Origin: a virus
Lineage: Duplodnaviria > Caudoviricetes
Reading direction: 5' to 3' (one strand)
Length of the DNA stretch: 64,000 bases
IMG/VR virus record: IMGVR_UViG_2663763243_000008
Span: 15,814 to 79,813 of that record
Position 1 is the stretch's first letter. Each line of letters begins with the position of its first letter. Below the pieces are notes generated by a model that saw only the letters and a list, made by a program, of their open reading frames with translations, did not search any database and had not been told where the DNA came from. Below are positions 47,680 to 57,736 of the stretch, piece by piece. A program made the translations under genes and the position numbers.

Positions 47680-48048
47680 ATGGGCGCGAAGGTTAAAGGC
47701 ATCAGAGAGGCTAAAGCTAATCTGAATAGGCTGATTAATGATATTCAAGGCCGGAAAGCTGTCAGGGCGATGACTAAGGCGTTAATTATCGGAGCGTCAC
47801 AGGCTGCACTCTATACCCCCATCGATACATCAACCCTTATCAATTCTCAGTTTCGTGATATCAGCGCGAATGGCACCAGGCTGACTGGGCGCGTGGGCTA
47901 TTCGGCTAATTACGCGATATATGTCCACGATCCGAATGTTAAGCAGGTATTCCGTAGGCCAATGGCTGAGAAAGAGTTTCTTACGAAAGGTTTCGCGGAT
48001 AGTAAACAAGCCATTGAAAAGGCAATTATGGAGGAAATGAAGCTATGA
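47680..48048 (+). CDS. HK97 gp10-like tail completion protein
   Basis: TPIDTSTLINS, YAIYVHD, KEFL. Confidence 0.75.
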   Translation: MGAKVKGIREAKANLNRLINDIQGRKAVRAMTKALIIGASQAALYTPIDTSTLINSQFRDISANGTRLTGRVGYSANYAIYVHDPNVKQVFRRPMAEKEFLTKGFADSKQAIEKAIMEEMKL

Positions 48049-48428
48049 CTCCATCAATGCACCGGCGTGTTCGCGATTACTTTGTCGAGTCTGGGTTAAC
48101 TACTGCTTTCGCTACTCAAATGCTCAAATGGCGTGATACCGGCAAGCTGACAGAGCAGTTTATTGTTTTTCGGCCCAACGGCGGCAGTTCAATTCGCAAC
48201 GACCTTGGCAGTGAGTATTACGTCCTGGTTGATGTGATTGGCGCGGTTAACGAGGATGAAGCGGCGGATAATGCAGCACAGGCAATAATCGCGCACGTTC
48301 AGGCCAATCCAAATCCGAATGACTGCATTGGCTATATTGAAAACCTCGGCAGTATCCCATCCCCCGTAACAACCACTGAAGGCCGCTTGGTCTACAGACT
48401 TCAATTCGCAATTAAATACGGCGACTAA
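48045..48428 (+). CDS. Tail terminator protein
   Basis: Position before the major tail gene. Confidence 0.7.
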   Translation: MTPSMHRRVRDYFVESGLTTAFATQMLKWRDTGKLTEQFIVFRPNGGSSIRNDLGSEYYVLVDVIGAVNEDEAADNAAQAIIAHVQANPNPNDCIGYIENLGSIPSPVTTTEGRLVYRLQFAIKYGD

Positions 48429-48452
48429 GCCGAACTAACAGAGGTAAAAAAT

Positions 48453-49202
48453 ATGCAAGGTTGCCAAAATGATTACGGCAAGCTGGTTGGTCGCGTCGCC
48501 GTTTTACGGATGGCGTTTGGCTGTCCTGAAACAGTACCAGAAGTGGCAGATTGGCAGCGCATGGGTGCGCTGACTACCAAGGGTCTCGACTACTCGATGA
48601 ATACCATTTCTTCCGATGCGGATGACGCAAAAGGGCTGGTAGAGAACCTGGTCACTAACATGGACTTGACCATTTCAGGTGAGGGCGAGTGGCGGAAGCG
48701 AGCCAAGTCTACGGAAGTCGGCCCGGTAAAAATGTCGAAATACATTTTCGATGAAGTTCAGGCAGGCCGCCAGCCGGGTCTATGGGTTCGCTTTGATTTC
48801 CTCGGCGTGGATGATGGCACCTATATTCAGGGTTACTTCAATACCACTTCATGGAGTTCAGATTTCGGTTCTTCTGACTTCGCTACTTACTCCGGTGAGT
48901 GGAAAGTTGCTGATGCAGATTCTGTCACTTTCGTTGATGGCTCGGCGATTCCAGTTGCCGGCGTAACTGTGGCTCCGGCAACCAGTATTGGCGCGGTCGC
49001 TGCAACAGTTCAGCTTACCGCGACCGTTCTACCTGCGGACGCTACTGATAAAACTGGTGTATGGACAACCTCTGACGCAACCAAAGCAACGGTTAGCTCA
49101 ACGGGTTTAGTCACCCGCGTTGCAGTCGGTACAGCGACTATCACATTCACAACGAATGATGGCGCTAAAACCGGAACGAGTAATATTACTATCACCGCAT
49201 AA
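48453..49202 (+). CDS. Major tail tube protein with C-terminal Ig-like (Big_2) domain
   Basis: VTVAP...LTATVLPADATDK..WTTSD..ATVSSTGLVT. Confidence 0.88.
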   Translation: MQGCQNDYGKLVGRVAVLRMAFGCPETVPEVADWQRMGALTTKGLDYSMNTISSDADDAKGLVENLVTNMDLTISGEGEWRKRAKSTEVGPVKMSKYIFDEVQAGRQPGLWVRFDFLGVDDGTYIQGYFNTTSWSSDFGSSDFATYSGEWKVADADSVTFVDGSAIPVAGVTVAPATSIGAVAATVQLTATVLPADATDKTGVWTTSDATKATVSSTGLVTRVAVGTATITFTTNDGAKTGTSNITITA

Positions 49203-49361
49203 TTCTCACAAAGAGCATCTTATTGGTGCTCTTGATGATGATTATTTAAAAGTTGATCGTTTTAAACGATCAATATTGCGATATTGATCTGCATTACCAA
49301 TTATACCCTTATCTTTATTACTGCTATCGTTAATTATACAAATAAGAAAGGCGATAAATTC

Positions 49362-49709
49362 ATGAAAAATAAAATGAAGATTGGGCTTCTGGCATTGTGC
49401 TTTTCGTCTCTTTTTCAAATTACAGCAAATGCGAATGATTTAGTTTCAAATAACAATGCCCCGCAGTTAATTGAGCGAAATATTGAAATATATCCTTCCC
49501 GCGCCTGGGTGCACGATAAAGAAGGGTATGTGAAGATTGCTTATGATATTAACGCTGCCGGAAAAGTTGAGAATGCAAAGGTGGTTGAAGCTGAGCCGAG
49601 AAATCTCTTTGAGAAATCAGCCTTAGATTCTATCTACAAATGGAAGTATGAACCCAATAAGCCAACCAGTGGAATGGAAGTCACCATAAACTACAAGAAG
49701 CCGAAGTAA
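49362..49709 (+). CDS. Secreted stand-alone TonB C-terminal domain protein (moron)
   Basis: Signal peptide (ANA) then YPSRA...EGYVKIAYDINAAGKVEN..VVEAEP.NLFEKSAL..IYKWKYEP. Confidence 0.85.
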   Translation: MKNKMKIGLLALCFSSLFQITANANDLVSNNNAPQLIERNIEIYPSRAWVHDKEGYVKIAYDINAAGKVENAKVVEAEPRNLFEKSALDSIYKWKYEPNKPTSGMEVTINYKKPK

Positions 49710-49920
49710 GGCAGCAGATGCAAAATTAGACCCGTTGAATGCGGGTCTTTTGCTTTCTGGCGCGTCCGTACACTGAAAAACCAACCGCTCAGTTGGTTTT
49801 TGTTTCCTTCACCGTACACTTTTTTTTACATCGTAATATTTGCACGGAATATTCTTAATATGAAGTTTAGTTAATTAGGAGGTAGTTTTATATTTCACAT
49901 GTTTTACACAAGGAATTAAC

Positions 49921-50238
49921 ATGAAATTACTTCTAAGCATCTTACTTATATCAAGTCCGGCGTTTTCTGTTTCCTCTCCGATAAATGAAAATATGCCAGT
50001 ACCTGCGATAGCTCTGGTATCAGAAGCAGCATGTATTCGTAGTTATTCCGTGAAAGAACATACTGCATGTATAAAGCTGGTGGACTCCTCAATAGTTAAA
50101 GCTTACTGGGCTGGGAAAATGAGTCAGTTTTGTAAGTCGCCATTCAACAGAAGTGCCGGGAAAGACAGGCAATGCAGGGCAGTTAAGATGCTTTCCTGTG
50201 CATTGGATGAGATAAGTGGTAGGTATCTTGAAGAGTAA
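49921..50238 (+). CDS. Small secreted Cys-rich moron protein
   Basis: Signal peptide, 5 Cys. Confidence 0.65.
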   Translation: MKLLLSILLISSPAFSVSSPINENMPVPAIALVSEAACIRSYSVKEHTACIKLVDSSIVKAYWAGKMSQFCKSPFNRSAGKDRQCRAVKMLSCALDEISGRYLEE

Positions 50239-50357
50239 ATAATAGTACCTACACAAGCAAAACCCGAAATGGGCTTTGCTTTCTAACGCGTCCGTGCGCT
50301 AAACAACCCGTCGAGTGCGAGTCTTTGTGTTCTAGCTTCAGCTATATCTGAATCTAT

Positions 50358-50513
50358 CAAGCCAAGCCTGTCTTTTATTTGCTTGGTTAGCCACGTTTTA
50401 CTAATGTCTTTAACTAAATCAAATGGGGCGTCAGTGAGTTCTTGCTTGAGCTTTTCGAATATAGGTTTTTGATTTAGCGCTTTTGCGAAGTCGTGTCTGT
50501 CTTGAGTAAGTCT
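50358..50513 (-). pseudogene. 5'-truncated remnant resembling a DUF2513 C-terminus
   Basis: RLTQDRHDFAKALNQKPIFEKLKQELTDAPFDLVKDISKTWLTKQIKDRLGL with no proper 5' part. Confidence 0.45.
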
Positions 50514-50647
50514 GTTTGAACGTTCAATATCGCACTCAGCCCGCCATCATCTAGAAGGAAATCGATTCCTTTCTCTGTTATATAGCAATTGTAGCTATAG
50601 AAAATGTCGTGGTAGGATTTTGGCGGTTTTGTCGATTGGATGCGCAT

Positions 50648-50998
50648 ATGAACTTAAGAATAATTAGTTTAGTGTTTTTAGTTTGTTTTGGGGCGAATGC
50701 GAGTGATTTAGAAAAAACAGCTGAAAGCTTGAGCAAATGCATTTTCAGTTATGCAGATACGCAAGCCGGCACATCAGCCCCTACCGCAGATATTTCCTCA
50801 AAGGCGTTTCGGCATTGTGATGATGAATTGAATAAATATCATGATTCTATTGGCCCTGATGCATCTCAGTGGGAAGAATTAGACGATAATCAAAAGCAAG
50901 CTATAACGACCATAAGAGATCAAGCCATTGTCAAAGTTCGTGAAAGTCTAACCAATAATATTGGGGAATATATTGCGAAAAAACGCAACGGTAGTTGA
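50648..50998 (+). CDS. Small secreted moron protein
   Basis: Signal peptide MNLRIISLVFLVCFGANA, two mature-region Cys. Confidence 0.7.
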   Translation: MNLRIISLVFLVCFGANASDLEKTAESLSKCIFSYADTQAGTSAPTADISSKAFRHCDDELNKYHDSIGPDASQWEELDDNQKQAITTIRDQAIVKVRESLTNNIGEYIAKKRNGS

Positions 50999-51063
50999 CT
51001 TCAAGCCCGCTCCGGCGGGTTTTTGCTTATTTAAAATGTCGAAAGACCATAAAAGGATGGGAT

Positions 51064-51297
51064 ATGACGACTTGGGGTTTGGGTGCATTGATTGCAGGGG
51101 TTGTATGGTCAATAATAGCGTATAACATGTCCACTTGCGTACTGATTGATCAGCAGTGCGTAGATAACATTTTTCTGATAGCCGCAAGGGAAAATCACAT
51201 TCGTTATGGTGCTCTCTTAATCTTTCTTGGGGTTGTATTTACAGCGTTAGGAATAATAAGAAGCGTCTATAAGAAAAGAACTACAAAGACTGATTAG
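51064..51297 (+). CDS. Small 2-TM moron protein
   Basis: Two hydrophobic helices, basic C-terminus. Confidence 0.65.
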   Translation: MTTWGLGALIAGVVWSIIAYNMSTCVLIDQQCVDNIFLIAARENHIRYGALLIFLGVVFTALGIIRSVYKKRTTKTD

Positions 51298-51318
51298 CCC
51301 ACTCAGGCTGGCTTTCTG

Positions 51319-51504
51319 TTATGCGTTAGGCAAAGTCGGCCACTTTCTGAAAGCGAAGAAGTATAGTGTTATGTAGTGGATAACGGGAATGGACAACAAG
51401 ATAGCCATAGGCCACCCAAACCCAGTTTTTCTTGCCATCCTGTAGCATGGGAAGAACGTAATTATCCATATGACTATAAACAGTGATTTGTTCTACTCGC
51501 CCAT
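51319..51504 (-). pseudogene. Inactivated small membrane protein
   Basis: MGE*NKSLFIVIWIITFFPCYRMARKTGFGWPMAILLSIPVIHYITLYFFAFRK; TAG at codon 4. Confidence 0.5.
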
Positions 51505-51919
51505 ATTCTTTTCCCTTATTATTGTGTTGAATCCGTATTGGATTTTTCTTTCTACCTAACCAGTGAATCGCTTAAATTCTTTATGTGGTGAGTGCAACTT
51601 ACAAAAACCATAATTACTTGTTGTATAACTTTTCCCATTATCATCGATCAATTCACAAGAGCAGCGATAAAAATCACCTGACGAATTACGAAATACCTCC
51701 TTCGGCGTCGGTATTACACCGGTGAATTGGATAGTTATTGTCGCCTCTTGGATCCAGCTGACAGGGCAAGTTGAGGCGTTCCGCTACAACGCTAACGTGG
51801 TAGAAGCTCTGCGCCACCTGATCCACGGCGCTGAAGTTGCTTAATTAGTTAAGTCCTACGACCAAAACCCAACCCACTTAACTGTGGGTTTCTTTATTAC
51901 CTAAATTTCAGGACACCCC

Positions 51920-52609
51920 ATGACACCGATGCTTGATATTGGCGAAATGCTCCTGTCTGACACGGAGCAACAGCAAGATTATTTCTTTCGTCCATCACTA
52001 AGGAATATGACAAAAATAGGGGCGGCGGCCGAGATAGTCGAAATATACGCGCTGCTGGGTGGCTCTGAATTAAGTCAGGTATTAACACCTGCAATAAACG
52101 CTAATCTGCCAGCATCATTAATGCCCAATAATGCAATCAAAAAATGCTCAGAGCATATGTTGGCTGCGGCCATAAGAGTTATCGAGGCTTGTTGTGATAA
52201 GTCGGCATCGGCGCTTATAGGCGAGTTTAAAGGGTGGCGAAATTGTATTGTTTACCGGCCTGGCAAAGTTTCAAAAGAAACAGTGATTACCATTGCGAGA
52301 GAATTAATTGAACATGGTGTGATCGGCAAAGCCAAAATAAGAAAGCTACAAAAGAATGAAGGTAACAACGATTACAGCAACGAATTTAATGCAATGGATT
52401 ATATCAACTCAGCCAGAATTCATTTCAACATGTCCCGCGCTGAAGCCGAGCAGTTAACGATGACCGAGTTTCAGTTGCTGCTCAAAGCTAAGTACCCAGA
52501 AGATAAAGGATTCACCCGCGAAGAATACGATGAAATCATGGATGCTGATGATCGCCTCCAGGAACGTTTAATTGCTCAAGAAAAGGCGAGGCTAGCGAAG
52601 AATGTCTGA
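51920..52609 (+). CDS. Tail assembly chaperone (DUF6246-like)
   Basis: Directly before tape measure; LTMTEFQLLLKAKYP. Confidence 0.75.
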   Translation: MTPMLDIGEMLLSDTEQQQDYFFRPSLRNMTKIGAAAEIVEIYALLGGSELSQVLTPAINANLPASLMPNNAIKKCSEHMLAAAIRVIEACCDKSASALIGEFKGWRNCIVYRPGKVSKETVITIARELIEHGVIGKAKIRKLQKNEGNNDYSNEFNAMDYINSARIHFNMSRAEAEQLTMTEFQLLLKAKYPEDKGFTREEYDEIMDADDRLQERLIAQEKARLAKNV

Positions 52610-55600
52610 TGGAAAAGATGTGGGCGGGATTGTCTATCAGGTAGACATGGAATTAGGCAAGCTGATCACGTCACAGCAACAGGTAAATAGTCGTCTTGAT
52701 CAGATGGAAGGGAAATTTGATTCAACTGCAAAGTCAGTTGAACGCGCTGAAAAGTCCATGTTTTCGTTAAGTCGTGTGGCAACCTCATTAGCAACCGCGT
52801 TGTCAGTCCAGCAGGTTGCCGAATACGGAAATGCATGGGTAACAGTAAATAATAAGTTGGTTAACGCAGTAAGGGCTAATGAAGATTTATTCACCGTAAC
52901 TAATCGTGTATTTGATATTTCTCAGGATACACGCGCTGGTCTTGAGGCAACCGCCACGTTATACGGGCGATTAGAAAGGGCCACGAGAAGTGCGGGAACC
53001 AGTACGGCAGACCTAGCCAAATTAACAACCACGATTAACAAGGGGTTGGTAGTTTCCGGCGCAACGGCCGAAGAAGCCAGTTCGACCATGATCCAGCTTT
53101 CACAAGCATTAGCTTCTGGTGTGCTGCGCGGGGAAGAGTTTAACTCTATTTCAGAGAACGGCAGCCGGTTGGCCGTTGGTTTGGCTGATTCACTCGGCGT
53201 TACCGTTGGTCAGCTACGCGCTATGGCGGCTGAAGGTAAGTTAACAACCGACGTTGTTGTTAATGGACTGCTGAAGCAAAGCGATGCGATCGCCAAAGAG
53301 TTCGGCAATACCGTTCTCACTATGGGGCAGGCATTTACCGTTGCTTCTAATAACATTACTAAATTTGTTGGTGAATCATCTTCAGTCAATACAACATTGA
53401 ATGTATTTAATTCATCAGTTATTTCACTCAGTGAAAACCTTGAATCGATCGCTACTGTTATTGGTGTTGTTGCAGGAATAATCGGTTCTCGCTACGTTGC
53501 TGCACTCACATTAGCATCGGCGGCTCAGGTGCAAAAAGCATCATCAGCGCGTCAAGCTGCTTTGGCTGACAATCTTGCAGCACAGGCCGCAGCTAATCAG
53601 TCAGTAGCTAACCTTATTGCGGCTCAGTCAGCGAAAGTCAGAGCAATTGAGGAGATAACACTCGCGCAGATGCAAAAGGCGAGTGCATTCAATGCTGCAA
53701 ACTCGACAGCAGCCGAAGTGAGATTATCGGCTGCTCGCCTTGAGGCAGCAACTGCTACTGGTAATTATAATCGGGCGCTTGTTGCTAACGTCTTGGCTCA
53801 AAAGCAAGCGTCTGCGGCGGCCTCTGCGGCATCTATATCTGGTGGCTTGTTGCGTGGTGCTTTGTCGTTAGTCGGTGGTCCTGTTGGAGCAGCTACATTA
53901 GCGGCCGGGGCAATATTCTATTTCTACCAAAAAGCACAGGAAGCCAAGAAAGAGGCTAATGAACTTGCTGACGGAGTATCTGCTTTAGTCGGAAAAATGA
54001 AAGAGATGAGTAACGTTCAGCTTGGTGCTGAAATAGCAAAACTCAATTCATCAATGCCAATATTAAATAAATCATTGGCAGTGGCCCAAGAAGTCTATGA
54101 CAACGCTGCTTATAGCGTCAGTAATTACACTAAAGTAATAAAAGATTACGGGTTAAATACGACAACGGGACGACAAGCGGCAGAGGCGTTAACTGGTGCT
54201 CAAGACAGGCTTGCGATTGCAGCCAATGAACTTTCAATTGCACAAAATAGAGTAGATAAGACACAAAACGCTGTAAATATCGGCAGAGCTGCATTAAATG
54301 GAACTTTGCTTGAAGGAATAGATCTCCTCAGAAGAGATGGTCAGGAAGCGGGCGTTGTCGCTGGAATGATGAATAAGTTAGGACAAGCAATTAACGTCGC
54401 TAGTGGGGCCAAAGAGCGGTTTAACTCAACTAGCTTATCCATTCAACGAGACCCAAAAGCACAAAAGGTTTTAGATGACCTATACCAACAAAATGAATTG
54501 CTTGCTGAAACAGACTTACGTAAGCGCGCACAACTAAAAACAGAGCAAGAACTTCGAGCTATTAATGCTGATGACAATACTGTCAGAATTGGCCGCGAAC
54601 AGGCTGGTGCCGCTTATGATAAGCAAGTTGCACAGGCTGCGCTGAAAAAGGAAACTGCCGCAGCCACGAAGGAAGAAACCGCCGCCGAAGCAGCAGAGAA
54701 ACGCCGGGTTAAATCATTGCAGGATTTAAGCAATGAAATGGCCGTTGCTGAATTAAAGACAAAAGGACTCAATCGTGAAGCCGCGCAACTTGCTGCTGTT
54801 CAGGACTTAGGTTCAGGCGCGTCTCAGCAGCAGATCCAGCAGGCCACACAACAAGCCGGTCAGATATTTGATATTCAACAACGCATAGCTGATAAAAAGG
54901 CTGCGATCGATGCTGATAGTGTCGCCAAGGCCGAGCAGCAACGTAAGTTGGATTTATCACAGTTAGACCGACAGCTCGCGGCAGGTGATATATCTTTCGA
55001 ACAGTCACAGCAACGTCGTGCTCAAATATCCGCTGACTACTCCAGAGCTATTGCCGAGGCATCAGCCGCCAGCGCAGTAATGCCACAACAGCAAAATGCC
55101 GCATTAGTTGACCCGGTGCAGGCGTTGGCTAATGAAAACGCTCAAAAGTTAGCACTGATTCAAAAATTTGAAGAGGATAAAACGCTAACTGAGCAGCAGG
55201 CACTAGCTCTTCGCAATGCCGCCAATACCCAGTATGAACAAGCTCGACTAGCTGCTCAGTGGGAAATATGGAGGAACCAAAGCCAATCCAACCAATATTT
55301 AGCGAGCTCCATTAATGCTTTAGGTCAGCGCACAACCAATATGCTGACTGGGCTTCTGACGGGTACTCAGTCAGCAGAAGAGGCTATGAAGAATCTTGCT
55401 GCAACAATAATCCAAGAGGGTGTTAATGCATTAGTCCAAATGGGTATGCAGCAGGTCAAAAATATGATTATGGGGCAGGCGGCGGCTACTACTGCTCTTG
55501 CTGCAACAGCAGCACAGGCAACCGCAGCAGCGGCGGCATGGGCACCAGCGGCAGTGAGCGCCTCCATCGCGACAATGGGCGGAGCTTCTACGGTCGGTAC

Positions 55601-55970
55601 CACTGCTTATGGCACAGCGCTAGCAGCGTCTAAGGGACTGGCCATGGCTGGCGCGCGTAAAAACGGAGGCCCTGTATCAGCAGGCGAAATGTATCGAGTC
55701 GGTGAGGGCGGTGCACCTGAGATATACCAGGCGGGAACCGGCAAGCAATACATGATCCCCGGCGATAATGGCAAGGTCATCAGCAATAAGGATATGCAGG
55801 GTGGGAGTGGTGGTGCTGGCACAGTTGTTCAGCAGGAAATTCATTTCCACATCGAGACGACTAACGGCATCGATGACGCCACAATGCAGAAAATGGCTGC
55901 AATGATGAAGACAGTCAGCCTTAACACCATTAAAGACCAGCAGCGGCCAAACGGCTTACTCCGCAAGTAA
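52602..55970 (+). CDS. Tape measure protein
   Basis: 1122 aa Ala-rich; QLSQALASGVLRGEEFNS; GARKNGGPV. Confidence 0.95.
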   Translation: MSDGKDVGGIVYQVDMELGKLITSQQQVNSRLDQMEGKFDSTAKSVERAEKSMFSLSRVATSLATALSVQQVAEYGNAWVTVNNKLVNAVRANEDLFTVTNRVFDISQDTRAGLEATATLYGRLERATRSAGTSTADLAKLTTTINKGLVVSGATAEEASSTMIQLSQALASGVLRGEEFNSISENGSRLAVGLADSLGVTVGQLRAMAAEGKLTTDVVVNGLLKQSDAIAKEFGNTVLTMGQAFTVASNNITKFVGESSSVNTTLNVFNSSVISLSENLESIATVIGVVAGIIGSRYVAALTLASAAQVQKASSARQAALADNLAAQAAANQSVANLIAAQSAKVRAIEEITLAQMQKASAFNAANSTAAEVRLSAARLEAATATGNYNRALVANVLAQKQASAAASAASISGGLLRGALSLVGGPVGAATLAAGAIFYFYQKAQEAKKEANELADGVSALVGKMKEMSNVQLGAEIAKLNSSMPILNKSLAVAQEVYDNAAYSVSNYTKVIKDYGLNTTTGRQAAEALTGAQDRLAIAANELSIAQNRVDKTQNAVNIGRAALNGTLLEGIDLLRRDGQEAGVVAGMMNKLGQAINVASGAKERFNSTSLSIQRDPKAQKVLDDLYQQNELLAETDLRKRAQLKTEQELRAINADDNTVRIGREQAGAAYDKQVAQAALKKETAAATKEETAAEAAEKRRVKSLQDLSNEMAVAELKTKGLNREAAQLAAVQDLGSGASQQQIQQATQQAGQIFDIQQRIADKKAAIDADSVAKAEQQRKLDLSQLDRQLAAGDISFEQSQQRRAQISADYSRAIAEASAASAVMPQQQNAALVDPVQALANENAQKLALIQKFEEDKTLTEQQALALRNAANTQYEQARLAAQWEIWRNQSQSNQYLASSINALGQRTTNMLTGLLTGTQSAEEAMKNLAATIIQEGVNALVQMGMQQVKNMIMGQAAATTALAATAAQATAAAAAWAPAAVSASIATMGGASTVGTTAYGTALAASKGLAMAGARKNGGPVSAGEMYRVGEGGAPEIYQAGTGKQYMIPGDNGKVISNKDMQGGSGGAGTVVQQEIHFHIETTNGIDDATMQKMAAMMKTVSLNTIKDQQRPNGLLRK

Positions 55971-55982
55971 CAGGAAAACCCC

Positions 55983-56336
55983 ATGCCAGAAACATTCACA
56001 TGGAGCCCACAAAAAGGCTTCACGGCTTCCCGCGCGCCAAATGTTGCCGTCGTTAAACTTGGCGATGGTTACGAACAGCGGCAAGTTAAAGGCATTAATC
56101 CGCTGATGGATAGCTACTCGCTGACATTTAAAGGGATTGATGACAGTAAATGTAACCGTCCAAACGCTGCGAAAGCTGCTGAGGCATTTATCAAAAATCG
56201 AATGTCTGTGGAGGCATTCTACTGGACACCACCTGATACGGGGGTGCAGAAGATGTTTGTCTGTCGCTCCTGGAGTTTGACAAAGACCGGTATATTGTTT
56301 GAACTTGCCGCCACATTTGAACAAGTTCCGCGGTAG
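55983..56336 (+). CDS. Minor tail protein M-like
   Basis: FTWSP, KLGDGYEQR...GIN, FYWTPP. Confidence 0.88.
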   Translation: MPETFTWSPQKGFTASRAPNVAVVKLGDGYEQRQVKGINPLMDSYSLTFKGIDDSKCNRPNAAKAAEAFIKNRMSVEAFYWTPPDTGVQKMFVCRSWSLTKTGILFELAATFEQVPR

Positions 56337-56349
56337 TGCTCTGGCGAAA

Positions 56350-56904
56350 CTATCGTTTTCTATGCCAAATAGTAATATCACTACTGGTCGCGGAAATGAT
56401 GAAATCACCATCCCACGAAAATCCCGTGCAACGGAAATGGTCGGAAACCAGTTTGAAACATCCCTCCTGATGGCCTATGCATAATGCATCTTTACTTGGT
56501 GGACACCAGATTAAGACCTCAATAGGCCATTCTGGTGCCGCCCGTATCAATGTTTCACCGTAATGATTACACATTGGCAATCCGCCGCCACATAGGCCAG
56601 CAATGGAAATATCCTCACCTGCTAATGTCCCTATGCCTTTGCAGGTTAAATTTATTGGATCGTACCAGTCCCCGTATTCTTCAAAATCTCTGGCAACCTT
56701 TTCGCCAGTAATACAGTTGAATACTCCCCGCCCCGAGGATGATACGACCAGCAACAGGTGATTTTGTAGATGAGAGAAACCCACCTCTGTTAACCCTCCG
56801 ACAGCAATCTCTACATTGGGATGCCATTCAGGAGGATGAGTCGGAATATTAAGCAATGACTTGATATAGTTATTATCGTACTTGTTTTTACGCCAGCCAA
56901 ACAT
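56350..56904 (-). CDS. Antisense-oriented moron, hypothetical
   Basis: 184 aa between tail M and L on the opposite strand, with GAGG RBS. Confidence 0.7.
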   Translation of the reverse strand: MFGWRKNKYDNNYIKSLLNIPTHPPEWHPNVEIAVGGLTEVGFSHLQNHLLLVVSSSGRGVFNCITGEKVARDFEEYGDWYDPINLTCKGIGTLAGEDISIAGLCGGGLPMCNHYGETLIRAAPEWPIEVLIWCPPSKDALCIGHQEGCFKLVSDHFRCTGFSWDGDFIISATSSDITIWHRKR

Positions 56905-57031
56905 CTAGGTTCCTCTCTCGGACAGCAAATGTCTAAGTTCTCTGGGGCCAACATTATCATATGCAACTCAGATAACCTCTGATATTCAGACAGTAGCCAC
57001 CTTTGGGTGGCTTTTTAAATGGGAGTTAGTC

Positions 57032-57736
57032 GTGCGCGATATACCAGCCAATTTAATAATTGAGAGTGTGGACTCTGGCGTTGGCGCAATGATTGACCTA
57101 TTCGAGGTTGATTTGCAGTCATTCGGCGGTGATGTTATCCGCTTTCACTCTGGAACTAACGGTTATTACGGTGATGTTATCTGGAAAGGGCGGCAATACT
57201 CAGCTTATCCGATAGCTGTTGAAGGCTTTGAGGTTAAATCAGAAGGTACATATTCTCGCCCGACCATGAAGGTTGCGAATATCACCGGCCTAATCACCGG
57301 TATTAACAGCGATTTTGATGATGCATTGGGCGCGATCGTAACGCGGCGGCAGGTTCTGGTTCAAAATCTTGATGCAGTTAATTTTCCTGGTGGCAATCCA
57401 GATTCGGATACCACGATGGAAGTTGTTTCCCGCTACGTGATTGAAGAAATGGTTGAGGAAACTTTCGAGACAGTGACTTACAACCTTGCCACTCCTGTTG
57501 ACTGTGATAATGCCATTATTCCCGCGCGTACTATCCTGGCTGATGTTTGCCAGTGGATATATCGCGGTGATGGCTGTGGTTACTCTGGGCCGCCAGTTGC
57601 TGATGATAAAGATATCCCGACATCCGACCCATCAAAAGATAAGTGTTCTAAGCATCCGTCAGGGTGCCGTAAACGCTATCCGAAACCTTCCTCGCTGCCG
57701 TTCGGCGGCTTCCCCGGTTCAGCTAAGGTGTCATGA
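57032..57736 (+). CDS. Minor tail protein L-like
   Basis: YPIAVEGFE, CQWIYRGDGCGY, KCSK..GC, PFGGFP. Confidence 0.92.
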   Translation: MRDIPANLIIESVDSGVGAMIDLFEVDLQSFGGDVIRFHSGTNGYYGDVIWKGRQYSAYPIAVEGFEVKSEGTYSRPTMKVANITGLITGINSDFDDALGAIVTRRQVLVQNLDAVNFPGGNPDSDTTMEVVSRYVIEEMVEETFETVTYNLATPVDCDNAIIPARTILADVCQWIYRGDGCGYSGPPVADDKDIPTSDPSKDKCSKHPSGCRKRYPKPSSLPFGGFPGSAKVS

